NCBI GenBank assembly: GCA_035498555.1 | Contig: DATKAB010000161.1 | Span: 2,794-66,793 of the forward strand | Length of the DNA: 64,000 nucleotides | Source of the DNA: Candidatus Sulfotelmatobacter sp. | GTDB taxonomy: Bacteria; Eisenbacteria; RBG-16-71-46 | Direction: 5' to 3' | Shown: piece by piece, positions 20,280 to 29,731 of the stretch | Layout: every line of letters begins with the position of its first letter | Position numbering within the stretch: position 1 is the stretch's first letter | Made by a program: the position numbers and the translations under genes | Notes under the pieces: model-generated | Seen by the model: the letters and a program-made list of their open reading frames with translations, nothing else | Told to the model about the DNA's origin: nothing | The model's database searches: none

Positions 20280-21673
20280 GCCGCGGCGCTCCGGGGCGCC
20301 AGCCGGGCCCGCGGCTGCGCCGACGATCGCATCGTCGGCCACGGCAGATCGCAGGCCTTCCAGGTGGCGATGATTCCCCAGAGTCCGAGCACCAGATTCG
20401 GAAGCCACATCGACAGCCACGGCGCGATCAGCAGCCGGTCCGCCAGCTCTTCGCCGCCAACCAGACACATGTAATAGAACAGGAACAGCGGCACCGACAG
20501 GAACGCGACCGCCGGACCGGTGCGCCGCACCCTCATGCCGAGCGGCGCGCCGAGCAGCACGAACACCACGCAGGCGGTCGGCAGCGAGAACTTCTTGTGG
20601 ATCTCGACCGACAGGCCGGCAATGCGCTTGAGCAGCGCCTCCCGTTCCAGTCTCCACATGTCGAACTCGGCGCGCACCACCGGCGAGTTCCGCGCGACAT
20701 CCTCGAACTCCTGCCGGTGGAGGATCACGCGCGCCAGCCAGCCCGTCAGCCGGGCGGGCCACGGCTGGCGCTCGGGAGTCAGCGCGGCGAGGTCCGCCTG
20801 ACTGGCGCCGAGCCCGCGAAGTCGCAGCCGGCGATCGAACACCGCGTCCCGGTACTGACGCGTGATGCTGTCACGCACGGCGATCAGCTCCTTCGCGCTC
20901 ATCTCGCGATCGGTGCGCGAATCGCGCACCGTGCGCTCGAGGAACGCGCCGGCTCCGGGAATATTGATGGTGTGGGTCTTGAACACCAGACGGCGATAGT
21001 GACGCGCGCCCTCCTCGTCGGGGGGAATGTCGTGGATCTCGCCGTCCTTCAGTTCCAGCACCGCGGTGTGGCCGTCGGGCGAGTAGGAGAGCATGCCTTT
21101 CTTGGCGAAGATCGTGGTCGGAGGTCCGCCGGCGCGCAGCTGGTAGATCGTCACGCCGCTCATCTCGTTGGTTCGGCCGTTCACCGACTGGACCAGCAGG
21201 TTGTAGCCCGGGAAATCGGTGATGAACACCCCCTCCTGCAGCTTGACCGTGGGCCGCATGCGGCCGATATCCACCATGAGGTTGAAAAATGCATGGTTGG
21301 CGTCGGGCAGCACGTGGTTGTTGAACAGCGTCATCAGGATGGCCAGGACTACCGAAGCCCCGAGCGGGGCGACCAGGGCCTGGGCCACGTTCACTCCGCC
21401 GGCCCTCATGGCGGTGATCTCGTTGTCCTGCGAGAGCCGCCCGAAGGTCATGAGGACCGCCACCAGGACCGCGCAGGGCAACGACATGGCCAGCACGAAG
21501 CCCAGGGAGAGCACGAAGATCTGGCCGACGACCAGTACCGGGACCCCCCGGTTGACGATCAGGTCCATGTACTGGATCAGGGCGTCCATCTCGAGGATGA
21601 AGGTGACGACCCCGAAGCCGAGAAGAAAGGGAACCAGGTGCTGCCGGAGAATGTAGGAACGAAGGATACCCAC
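20276..21673 (-). CDS. lptF: LPS export ABC permease, LptF-like (YjgP/YjgQ family)
   Basis: ILRSYILRQHLVPFLLGF start region (GTG at about 21673), TM topology as for lptG; tandem with lptG. Confidence 0.7.
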   Translation of the reverse strand: MGILRSYILRQHLVPFLLGFGVVTFILEMDALIQYMDLIVNRGVPVLVVGQIFVLSLGFVLAMSLPCAVLVAVLMTFGRLSQDNEITAMRAGGVNVAQALVAPLGASVVLAILMTLFNNHVLPDANHAFFNLMVDIGRMRPTVKLQEGVFITDFPGYNLLVQSVNGRTNEMSGVTIYQLRAGGPPTTIFAKKGMLSYSPDGHTAVLELKDGEIHDIPPDEEGARHYRRLVFKTHTINIPGAGAFLERTVRDSRTDREMSAKELIAVRDSITRQYRDAVFDRRLRLRGLGASQADLAALTPERQPWPARLTGWLARVILHRQEFEDVARNSPVVRAEFDMWRLEREALLKRIAGLSVEIHKKFSLPTACVVFVLLGAPLGMRVRRTGPAVAFLSVPLFLFYYMCLVGGEELADRLLIAPWLSMWLPNLVLGLWGIIATWKACDLPWPTMRSSAQPRARLAPRSAAA

Positions 21674-21809
21674 GGGGGCGGAGCCTACCCCACGGGCCGT
21701 AAGAGGAGCGAATGGATTTGCCGCGGCATGACTTAGCCCATTTCGCCGCGGTCGCGACGGTCCGCCGCTGCGCCTCCCCCGCAGGTGGCGCGAGTGTTTC
21801 GGGGCATGA

Positions 21810-24800
21810 ATGCCGATTGCGCCCACCCTGCCAGCACTGGCATTTCTAATCTCTCTCAAGGGTTTCCCGGGGTTTGGCCTTCACAAGGCCAAGCCGGCCC
21901 CTGCGGACACCCTGCCGCCTCCCTGGCGACCGGTCAGCCGCCTGACGCTCGAAAACGACTTCGTGACCGCCGCGCTGCCCCCGATCGTGGACAACTGGGT
22001 GGCGCTGAAGCTGACCTTCGACCCGCGCACGCTGCGGGTCAACGTCGACCCCGATTCGGGCACCGTGAGCGCCGGGCCGCTGGTGAACACGGTTCCGGTG
22101 GGTCCGCCGCTGCGCCTGACCTTCGACAGCTATGCCGATCAGATGTCGCGCGACAATTTTCAGCGCTTGTGGGTCAAGAAATCCGTCGAGTCCATCAACA
22201 CCCGAGCGGCGGTAGCCGGGCCCACCACCGGTACCGGGGGGCTGTCGTTCAAGCTGCCCTCGCCGCTCCCCAAACAGGTCCAGAGCCTGCTCGGTCCGGG
22301 CGGACCGGCGATCAACGTGGCGGGTTCGGAGAACATCCGCTTTTCGGGCCAGAGCAACTGGACCAATCAACAGATTGGACCGCTGGGGCAGAAGCGCTCG
22401 CTGTTCCCTTCGCTCGACATGCAGCAGGACCTCGACATCCGACTCGAAGGCCAGCTCTCGGATCGGATCAAGGTCAACCTGTTGCAGAACTCGGCCAACC
22501 AGGTGCCGCTCGCCAATCGGATCTACATCAACTACAAGGGCGAAGAAGACGACATGGTGCAGCAGCTGGCGCTCGGCAACACCGATCTCTCGCTGCCCGG
22601 CACCCAATACGTCTCCTACAGCGGCAAGAACGACGGTCTGTTCGGCATCAAGTCGGCCCTGCGCTTCGGGCCCGCCGACTTCACCCTCCTGGCCAGCAAG
22701 CAGGAGGGCCGCAGCGAGCGCGCCACCTACACCGGCGGGGCCTCGCACCAGACCGGCACGCTCGCCGACATGGACTACATCCGTGGTGTCTTCTACTTGC
22801 TCTACGATCCCAACACGCTCCCGAGCTGGCTGCCGCCGAGCGTGGCGGCGGACCCCAATTTTGCGGGCATCGACATTCCTGAGACCTCGATCAAGGTCTA
22901 TCTCGACGACTACAACTACGGCAACGACATCAACGTGGTGCGCGGCAAGGCCCTAATCAATCCCGAGGATCGCGGCACGTCGGTGGCGGACTCTTCGGCG
23001 GTGCGCGGGTCGTTCGCGCTGCTCAATCCGGGCGCGAATGCCGACTACGAGATCCTGCGCAACGTCTACGGCCCGTTCTTCAAGGTCCTGCGCCTGGTGA
23101 AGCAGGTGAGCGGCGAGCAGCGGCTGGGCATCACCTATCAGGCGCGAGCGTTGGCCAAGGACGGCTCCCAGCTCTATCCGCCGGGCGGCGCACTGGTGGA
23201 CATCGGCGGCGAGTACGAGGTGGACGCCGCACCCGACACCGCGCACGCGTTGCGCATGAAGCTGTTGCGCCCGCCCCAGAGCCAGCTGAGCCAGGACGCC
23301 GCCGGCAACTACGACACCACCAACGTATTCACGCGCGTGCGCGACCTCGAGCTGCACAATTTCTACCAGCTCCCTGGCCAGCGGATCGATCCGACGACCT
23401 TCACCATGGCCATCCAGCGGGGCGTGGACCAGCCGCCGGTCACGTTCCTCAACCTCAAGGACGCCGCTCACACTCCGGTTCCCTATATCGAGGCGCTCGG
23501 GCTCGACAACGTCGATGAGACCACCGGCCAGCCGCTTCCCGGCCACGACGCCAAGGTGGACGGCTCGCTCGTCAGCACGGACAGCCGGGCATTCATCGAC
23601 TACGAGAACGGCATCCTGTTCTTCCCGGACATCCGGCCGTTCGCTCCGCGCCTGGCCGGCCCCGACGCGAAGCCGTTCGAGCAATTCGTGAGCAGTCACT
23701 TCGTGTTTCGGCGCGATTCGCTAACCGCCAATCCCGACAGCGCGGACGGGGCGAACCCGTTTATCTACGACAAGTACAACCCGCGGCGGGACCTCGACGT
23801 CCGCTACTACATCAACCTGGACTTCACCGCGGCGCGGGCGGTGGGCGACATCTCGCTGGGTCGCGGCAACATCCTCGAGGGATCGGAGGTCATCACCATC
23901 AACGGCGACCAGCTGGTGCGCGACCGCGACTACTCGATCGACTACGACATCGGTCGCGTCACCCTCAAGCGCCAGCTCGGCCCCGCCGACCAGCTCAACG
24001 TGAACTACTCCTACGCCCCGCTGTTCGCGCAGGCCGGACGCACGCTGATCGGCAGCGACTTCCGCATCGAGGGCCGTGACAAGCGGGTCGGCGCGGCGCT
24101 CATGTACGAAAGCACCGGCGCCCAGGACATCCGCCCGCGTCTGGGCGAGGAGCCGTCGCGCAGCATCATCGGCGACTTGAACACCGAGTTCACGCTGCAT
24201 CCGGACTGGATCACGCATCTGGTGGATCGGCTGCCCGGCATCCGCACGACCACCCAGTCGGATTTCCACGTTCAGGCCGAAATGGGCCTGTCGCTGCCCA
24301 ATCCCAACACCAAGAACGTCGTCTATCTCGACGACATGGAGGGCGTGAAGGACGCCGTGTCGCTCTCCATGACCGCCGAGCACTGGCTCCACTCGAGCGT
24401 GCCGAGCCGTCTGGTCAATGGGATCAGCACGCCGCTCCTGGCGCTGGCCAAGCAGCACAACGCCGAGATCCAGTGGTACTCGCCGCCCTCGGCGGTGAAG
24501 GAGAAGGAATTGAATCCCGACCTCACCCAGGCGCAGGGCTCCGACAACTCGCGCCAGGTGCTGGCGCTGTCGATTCCGCGGCGGCCGACCAGGAACATCG
24601 ACAATTCGCTCGGGTCGCCGGACACCCTCTGGGCCGGCCTCACCTATTCGCTGGACAAGGTGGGGCTCGATCTGTCCCGCGCCCAATTCATCGACATCTG
24701 GGTCAACGATTTCAACGATCATCACAACTGGCCGAACGCGGAGCCACGCGTGCGGGGGCTGAACGTCAAGTTGCATCTCGATCTGGGTGTGGTGAGCGAG

Positions 24801-27800
24801 GACCAGATGCGCTCCCCCGACGAACCACCCAACGGAAAGCTCGACACCGAGGACCTGGTGCCACGCGACAACGTGCTGAGCGTCACGGGTGGACAGGATG
24901 AAGACACCGGAGTCGATGGCCTGAAGGACAAGGACGAGCCGGGCTTCGGCAATCCCGATCCGAATTTCTGGCGCGACCTGACGACGGCGAGCGCGGCCGA
25001 CCCCGGAGGCGACGACTTCCACACCGTCAACGAGAATTACAAGGACCCGATCGACACCCGCCGTTTCTTTGGCACCAACGGCACCGAAGCCAACAAGAAC
25101 CTGCTGCCATTCCCCGACACCGAAGACCTGAATCTCAACAACAACATCGACACCAGCGAGAACTATTTCGAGTACACGATCGAGCTGGGGCAGCGGAACA
25201 ACCCGTACCTGGTGACGGACGTGCAGCGCGACTATCCGGGCCGCGCGGTCACCGACTCGCTCAATGGCTGGAGGCGCTACCGCATTCCGCTCTCGGACTC
25301 GCTGCGCCGGGTGTTCGGCTCCCCCGATCTCACCCTGGCCCGGCATCTTCGGCTGTGGATGGAGGGCATCATGCGCCCCGATCCGCCGGCGGATTCTCTG
25401 TCCAGCGGGCAGCCGGTGCGGCCGCTGATCGTGCTGGGTGGGCTCGACATCGTCGGCAGCCGCTGGCAGACCGCGATCCTCGACAGCGCCGCGCAGGTGA
25501 ACGGCACGACCCTGACGCTCAACAGTGTCAACACCATCGACAATCCCTACTACGTCGCGCCGTTCGATCCCGGCGAGACGCTGGCCGGCAGCCAGAGCGT
25601 TGCGCGGCGAGAGCAGTCGCTGTCGCTCGAGTTCACGCAGCTGATGCCCGGACAGACGCTGGAAGCGTTCAAGACCTTTTCGGTCGAAGAGGACTACAGC
25701 CGCTACAAGGCGCTCGACTGGTTCGCCACCGGCTTCAACGTTTCCGGCTTCAGCGCCGCCACCGACACCGCCCTCTACTATTTCGTCCGCTTCTCGTCGG
25801 ATGAGCTCGGCCAGAGCTATTACGAGTACCGGACGCGCCTGCCGCGCTACAATGGCACCTCGGGCGGCTGGCAGACCGTGCACTTGCCGCTCACCGATCT
25901 CTCGAATCTCAAGCTTCGTCCGGATTTCCCGATCAACGATCCCATCCATTACTCGGCCGCCGGCAGCCAGCCGGGGGATTCGCTGATCGTGAACGGCCGG
26001 CCCTCGTTCACCCGATTGCGACGCATCTCGGTGGGACTCGTCAACGCCTCGAACAAGATCTATGACTCGGGGCAGCTCTGGTACGACGAGCTGCGCGCCA
26101 CCGACGTCGCCAAGGATGTCGGCCACGCGAGCCGCCTCCAGATGGACGGCAAGTTCGCGAACCTCTTCCGCTACAACCTGGCCTACAACGCGCGCGACGC
26201 CAACTTCGTCTCGGTCGGCGAGTCGCGCGGCTCGGGCAACAGCACCTCGGACCTGACGCTGGGGGGCGGGCTCGACATCTATCGCTTCTTCGAGGGCACC
26301 GGGATCGTCATCCCGCTCTCCGGCACCTATTCGCGCAATACGTCGCAGCCGATGTTCACGGCCGGCGATGACGTGGTGCGCACCGGCGCCCTGCAGGCCA
26401 ACAGCGAGACCGGCAGCGAGTCCAAGAGCCTGAGCGCCAGCTACAGCCGGTCGTGGAGCGACCGTTCGAACCCGTTTCTTCGCTACACGCTCGGTGGCAT
26501 CACCGGCAGCTACACCTATTCGACCAGCGACGGGCACGGACCGACCTCGCTGAGCAACGGAGAGACCCGCAGCGCGACCGTCTCGTACGGCATCAGCCCG
26601 CGCAACCTGTTGCGGCTCCCGATTCCGCACACCCGGATCAACCTGTTCCCGCTGCCCGAGCACCTCTTCTGGAACTACGGAGTGTCCACCACCAACAGCC
26701 AGAGCTTTGTCGTGCTTCGCGACGGGACGGTCCTGCCCCAGACCAATATCGCCGCGCGCAGCGCCGCGATCACCTTTGGCGCGGATACGCGCCCGCTCGA
26801 CATCCTGCATCACCATTTCGACGCGGTGCGAAGCCTGACCCTGCCGGACAACCTCCTCGAGCGCATCGGCTTCATCAATCTGGGACGCGTGACGCAGTGG
26901 CGGCAGAGCTTCGACTCGCGATACGCCATGACGCGCGGACCCTGGCTCTCGCCGAGCTTCTCGTGGAACTCGAACTACAACCAGGACAATCGCCCGGATC
27001 TATCGCCGGACATGTCGGTGCGCGCGATCAACAACGGCCAGGGGATCTCGGGAAGCTGGGCGCTGCCCTTCGATCGGCTGGGGCGAAGCCAGTCCGCCCT
27101 TCCCGACAGCACGCACCGAGGGCCGCGCTTCTCGGTGGGGTCCCTGCTCTCCAGACTGGGGAGCTTCTCGGCCGACGCGAGCGTGAACCAGTCGAGCTCG
27201 TACTCGAGGCTCGCCGGCGTCCCGAGCATTCCGTACCTGGTCGGCATCACCAGCCAGCCGGGATTCAGCCTGGTGCCGGGGCACGGGGTGACACCTCAAT
27301 TCGGCAACTCCTCGAGTCAATCGTTCAACTGGCGGACGGCGGGACGAACCCGGCTGGCGCTGGGAGCCGATGTCTACATGTCGGTGCGCGCCGAGTACAA
27401 CAACTCGAAGAACAACGTGAACGGGCTGCTCACGCGGTCGATCGCCACCAAGTTCCCGGACTTCGACCTGGACTACGGCCGGCTCGCCCAGATCACCCAC
27501 TTGACGCACTTCCTGGAGAATCCCACCCTGCGCACGTCCTACACCCGGTCGGTTCAGACCGACTTCCTCGGCATCTCGACGATTCCGACCGGGCGCAGCA
27601 TCAGCAGTCAGTGGTCGCCGCTGGTCAGCGTCAGCGGCACCTTCAAGAACCAGACGCGAGCCGAACTCAGAATCGAGCGTCGCGTGAGCGAGCGCGAGAA
27701 CTTCCAGTTGGTCAATTCCATCACCACCAGTCGCAACACCGACGTCAATCTCAACTTGAGTCGCGCCTACAGCAAGGGCCAGAAGATCTCGGTGCTCGGC

Positions 27801-28067
27801 CGCGAGAGCACGGTGCGCAGCAACGTCAACCTGTCGCTGGCGATGGTCTACTCGAAAGAGAGCGGCGAGACCCGCCAGGCGGGTTACAGCCAGCCCCAGC
27901 TGCCGGTGGACCGCGACCGGCTGTCGCTCACCGGCAACGGCTCGTATTCCTTCAGCAACAACGTGACCGGCAATCTCACCCTGGGCTACGGCCTGAACCG
28001 CGACATTCAACGCGACATCATCTCTCAGAACATTCGCGTCGAAGTGCGCGCCGCTTTCACCTTCTGA
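21810..28067 (+). CDS. giant (~2085 aa) outer-membrane beta-barrel protein, SprA/Sov-like (T9SS translocon family)
   Basis: Length/composition typical of SprA-family proteins (Asn/Ser/Thr/Tyr-rich amphipathic strands), C-terminal beta-barrel signature ...NIRVEVRAAFTF ending in Phe; family assignment from recollection, not a search. Confidence 0.5.
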   Translation: MPIAPTLPALAFLISLKGFPGFGLHKAKPAPADTLPPPWRPVSRLTLENDFVTAALPPIVDNWVALKLTFDPRTLRVNVDPDSGTVSAGPLVNTVPVGPPLRLTFDSYADQMSRDNFQRLWVKKSVESINTRAAVAGPTTGTGGLSFKLPSPLPKQVQSLLGPGGPAINVAGSENIRFSGQSNWTNQQIGPLGQKRSLFPSLDMQQDLDIRLEGQLSDRIKVNLLQNSANQVPLANRIYINYKGEEDDMVQQLALGNTDLSLPGTQYVSYSGKNDGLFGIKSALRFGPADFTLLASKQEGRSERATYTGGASHQTGTLADMDYIRGVFYLLYDPNTLPSWLPPSVAADPNFAGIDIPETSIKVYLDDYNYGNDINVVRGKALINPEDRGTSVADSSAVRGSFALLNPGANADYEILRNVYGPFFKVLRLVKQVSGEQRLGITYQARALAKDGSQLYPPGGALVDIGGEYEVDAAPDTAHALRMKLLRPPQSQLSQDAAGNYDTTNVFTRVRDLELHNFYQLPGQRIDPTTFTMAIQRGVDQPPVTFLNLKDAAHTPVPYIEALGLDNVDETTGQPLPGHDAKVDGSLVSTDSRAFIDYENGILFFPDIRPFAPRLAGPDAKPFEQFVSSHFVFRRDSLTANPDSADGANPFIYDKYNPRRDLDVRYYINLDFTAARAVGDISLGRGNILEGSEVITINGDQLVRDRDYSIDYDIGRVTLKRQLGPADQLNVNYSYAPLFAQAGRTLIGSDFRIEGRDKRVGAALMYESTGAQDIRPRLGEEPSRSIIGDLNTEFTLHPDWITHLVDRLPGIRTTTQSDFHVQAEMGLSLPNPNTKNVVYLDDMEGVKDAVSLSMTAEHWLHSSVPSRLVNGISTPLLALAKQHNAEIQWYSPPSAVKEKELNPDLTQAQGSDNSRQVLALSIPRRPTRNIDNSLGSPDTLWAGLTYSLDKVGLDLSRAQFIDIWVNDFNDHHNWPNAEPRVRGLNVKLHLDLGVVSEDQMRSPDEPPNGKLDTEDLVPRDNVLSVTGGQDEDTGVDGLKDKDEPGFGNPDPNFWRDLTTASAADPGGDDFHTVNENYKDPIDTRRFFGTNGTEANKNLLPFPDTEDLNLNNNIDTSENYFEYTIELGQRNNPYLVTDVQRDYPGRAVTDSLNGWRRYRIPLSDSLRRVFGSPDLTLARHLRLWMEGIMRPDPPADSLSSGQPVRPLIVLGGLDIVGSRWQTAILDSAAQVNGTTLTLNSVNTIDNPYYVAPFDPGETLAGSQSVARREQSLSLEFTQLMPGQTLEAFKTFSVEEDYSRYKALDWFATGFNVSGFSAATDTALYYFVRFSSDELGQSYYEYRTRLPRYNGTSGGWQTVHLPLTDLSNLKLRPDFPINDPIHYSAAGSQPGDSLIVNGRPSFTRLRRISVGLVNASNKIYDSGQLWYDELRATDVAKDVGHASRLQMDGKFANLFRYNLAYNARDANFVSVGESRGSGNSTSDLTLGGGLDIYRFFEGTGIVIPLSGTYSRNTSQPMFTAGDDVVRTGALQANSETGSESKSLSASYSRSWSDRSNPFLRYTLGGITGSYTYSTSDGHGPTSLSNGETRSATVSYGISPRNLLRLPIPHTRINLFPLPEHLFWNYGVSTTNSQSFVVLRDGTVLPQTNIAARSAAITFGADTRPLDILHHHFDAVRSLTLPDNLLERIGFINLGRVTQWRQSFDSRYAMTRGPWLSPSFSWNSNYNQDNRPDLSPDMSVRAINNGQGISGSWALPFDRLGRSQSALPDSTHRGPRFSVGSLLSRLGSFSADASVNQSSSYSRLAGVPSIPYLVGITSQPGFSLVPGHGVTPQFGNSSSQSFNWRTAGRTRLALGADVYMSVRAEYNNSKNNVNGLLTRSIATKFPDFDLDYGRLAQITHLTHFLENPTLRTSYTRSVQTDFLGISTIPTGRSISSQWSPLVSVSGTFKNQTRAELRIERRVSERENFQLVNSITTSRNTDVNLNLSRAYSKGQKISVLGRESTVRSNVNLSLAMVYSKESGETRQAGYSQPQLPVDRDRLSLTGNGSYSFSNNVTGNLTLGYGLNRDIQRDIISQNIRVEVRAAFTF

Positions 28068-28993
28068 TGATCCGGCCGCGCGTGCTGGCGATGCTGGTGC
28101 CGCTCGCGCTGCTCTCGTGCGCGGCCCGCTTCACCCCCCCGATCGACGGCGGACGCGCGCACGATCGCGTCGCGAAGCAGGTCGCGTTCGGCCCGCGCAT
28201 CCCCGGAACCCCGGGCCACCAGGCGATGCGCGCGTGGCTGGTGGCGGAGCTGCGCCGGCTCGGAGCCGACGTCGAGGAGCAGACCTTCGTCGATTCCACG
28301 CTCGGCAAGCGGATGTCGCTCTGCAACGTCATCGGCCGCTATCCGCCGGCCCACCCCGGCGTCACCCGCCGCGTGATGCTGTGCGCGCACTGGGATTCGC
28401 GGCCGTGGAGCGACGAGGACCCCGACACGGCCTCGCGCCGGCTGCCCTGCCCGGGCGCCAACGACGGCGGCTCGGGGGTGGCGGTGCTGTTCGAAGTGGC
28501 CGAGTGCCTGTCGCGGGAACGCGCGCCGGTGGGGGTGGATCTGGTGTTCTTCGACGCCGAGGACATGGGCCGCTCGACTCGGCCGGATGAATTCTCGATC
28601 GGCGCGAAGGAGTACGCCCGTCGCCTGCCTGCGACCGGCGATCCGCGGCGGCCGGTCGCCGCCTTTCTTTTCGACATGGTCGGCGATCGTGATCTCGACA
28701 TCCCGGTTGAATCCAACTCCTATCAACGCGCGGCCAATCTCGTCGCGCTGGTACTGGACGGCGCCCGGGCCACCGGCTCCAGGGCTTTCCACGACGAAAT
28801 TCGCTATACGATCGTCGACGACCACCTGCCGCTTCTCGACGCCGGGCTGCCGGCCGTCGACCTGATCGACTTCGACTACCCGGTCTGGCACACGCACCTG
28901 GACCTGCCCGATCAGGTCGCCCCGGCCAGCCTGGCCGAGGTTTCCCGGGTGGCGGCCTGGCTCGTCTATCGCAGCCCCCTCTCGGGACCTTAG
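28067..28993 (+). CDS. M28-family zinc peptidase / animal-type glutaminyl-peptide cyclotransferase-like lipoprotein
   Basis: ATG overlaps sprA-like stop (TGATG); lipobox LALLSCAA; metal-site motifs LCAHWDSR (cf. CHYDS), DGGSGVAVL, FFDAEDMG, WHTHLD. Confidence 0.6.
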   Translation: MIRPRVLAMLVPLALLSCAARFTPPIDGGRAHDRVAKQVAFGPRIPGTPGHQAMRAWLVAELRRLGADVEEQTFVDSTLGKRMSLCNVIGRYPPAHPGVTRRVMLCAHWDSRPWSDEDPDTASRRLPCPGANDGGSGVAVLFEVAECLSRERAPVGVDLVFFDAEDMGRSTRPDEFSIGAKEYARRLPATGDPRRPVAAFLFDMVGDRDLDIPVESNSYQRAANLVALVLDGARATGSRAFHDEIRYTIVDDHLPLLDAGLPAVDLIDFDYPVWHTHLDLPDQVAPASLAEVSRVAAWLVYRSPLSGP

Positions 28994-29191
28994 GTTGTGA
29001 GGCGGAGAATGTTGATCGCCTGCCGCGGGCCCGAACTCGGGAGAAGCCGGATCGAATTTTCAAGGACTTAGCGGCCCGATTCCCCCCATCAACAGTCTGC
29101 GCCGCACAACCAAGACGCTGGCCCGGCTTCCCATCCCCGCCCGAGGGGGCCGCTTGCCGATCCCGCGGCCATGAGTTACTGTGCCGCCTGA

Positions 29192-29225
29192 GGAGTGGGG
29201 CAGGCGCGACCACTCCGTTTTTTTC
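29192..29225 (+). terminator. intrinsic terminator-like hairpin (GGAGTGG/CCACTCC stem, 11-nt loop, T7-8 tract) about 20 nt upstream of rimP start; probable leader attenuator
   Basis: ggagtggggcaggcgcgaccactccgttttttt read directly. Confidence 0.6.
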
Positions 29226-29242
29226 CCCTCCCGGGAGCCGAA

Positions 29243-29731
29243 TTGGAAGTCCGAGAAGAAGTTCGCCAGTTGAGTCAGCCCCTCGCCGAGGAGCTTGGCT
29301 ACGAGCTGGTGGACGTCGAAGCGCTCGTGCTCGGACGAGCCAGAGTGCTGCGTGTGCTGCTCGACAAGCCAGGCGGCATCACGGTGGGGGAGTGTGCCGC
29401 GTTCAGCCGCCGACTCGGTGACAGTCTGGAAATGAACCAGACCGTTTCCGGGAGCTATCACCTGGAGGTGAGCTCCCCGGGAATCGACCGGCCGATTCGT
29501 ACGCTGGAGGCGGCGGCGCGATTCGCGGGACGGCACGTCACGCTGACCACGCACGAGCCGCACGACGGACGGCGCCACTGGGATGGCGCGTTGCTGGTCG
29601 CGAAGGACGGGCGTGCGGGCGTGCGTACCGAGGATGCAGTCGAGCACTGGTTCGCATGGGCGGACGTGAAGTCCGCCCGGCTGGTGGTGGATCCCTGGGA
29701 AGGCAAGCGTTCGCAGAGGGGACGCCGATGA
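29243..29731 (+). CDS. rimP: ribosome maturation factor RimP
   Basis: DUF150/RimP-like sequence (LVDVE, HLEVSSPGIDRP), canonical position before nusA; TTG start about 29243 (track ATG 29195 possible). Confidence 0.75.
   Translation: MEVREEVRQLSQPLAEELGYELVDVEALVLGRARVLRVLLDKPGGITVGECAAFSRRLGDSLEMNQTVSGSYHLEVSSPGIDRPIRTLEAAARFAGRHVTLTTHEPHDGRRHWDGALLVAKDGRAGVRTEDAVEHWFAWADVKSARLVVDPWEGKRSQRGRR

Noticed and set aside
23721-26816. 1031-aa minus-strand ORF inside the SprA-like gene (also 15561..17189, 6546..7883, 31010..32983, 60596..62146 and other long antisense ORFs)
   Set aside because: Antisense to genes with clear homology-like motifs. Their translations are Arg/Ala/Gly/Pro-rich low-complexity, the signature of spurious ORFs in about 70% GC sequence.
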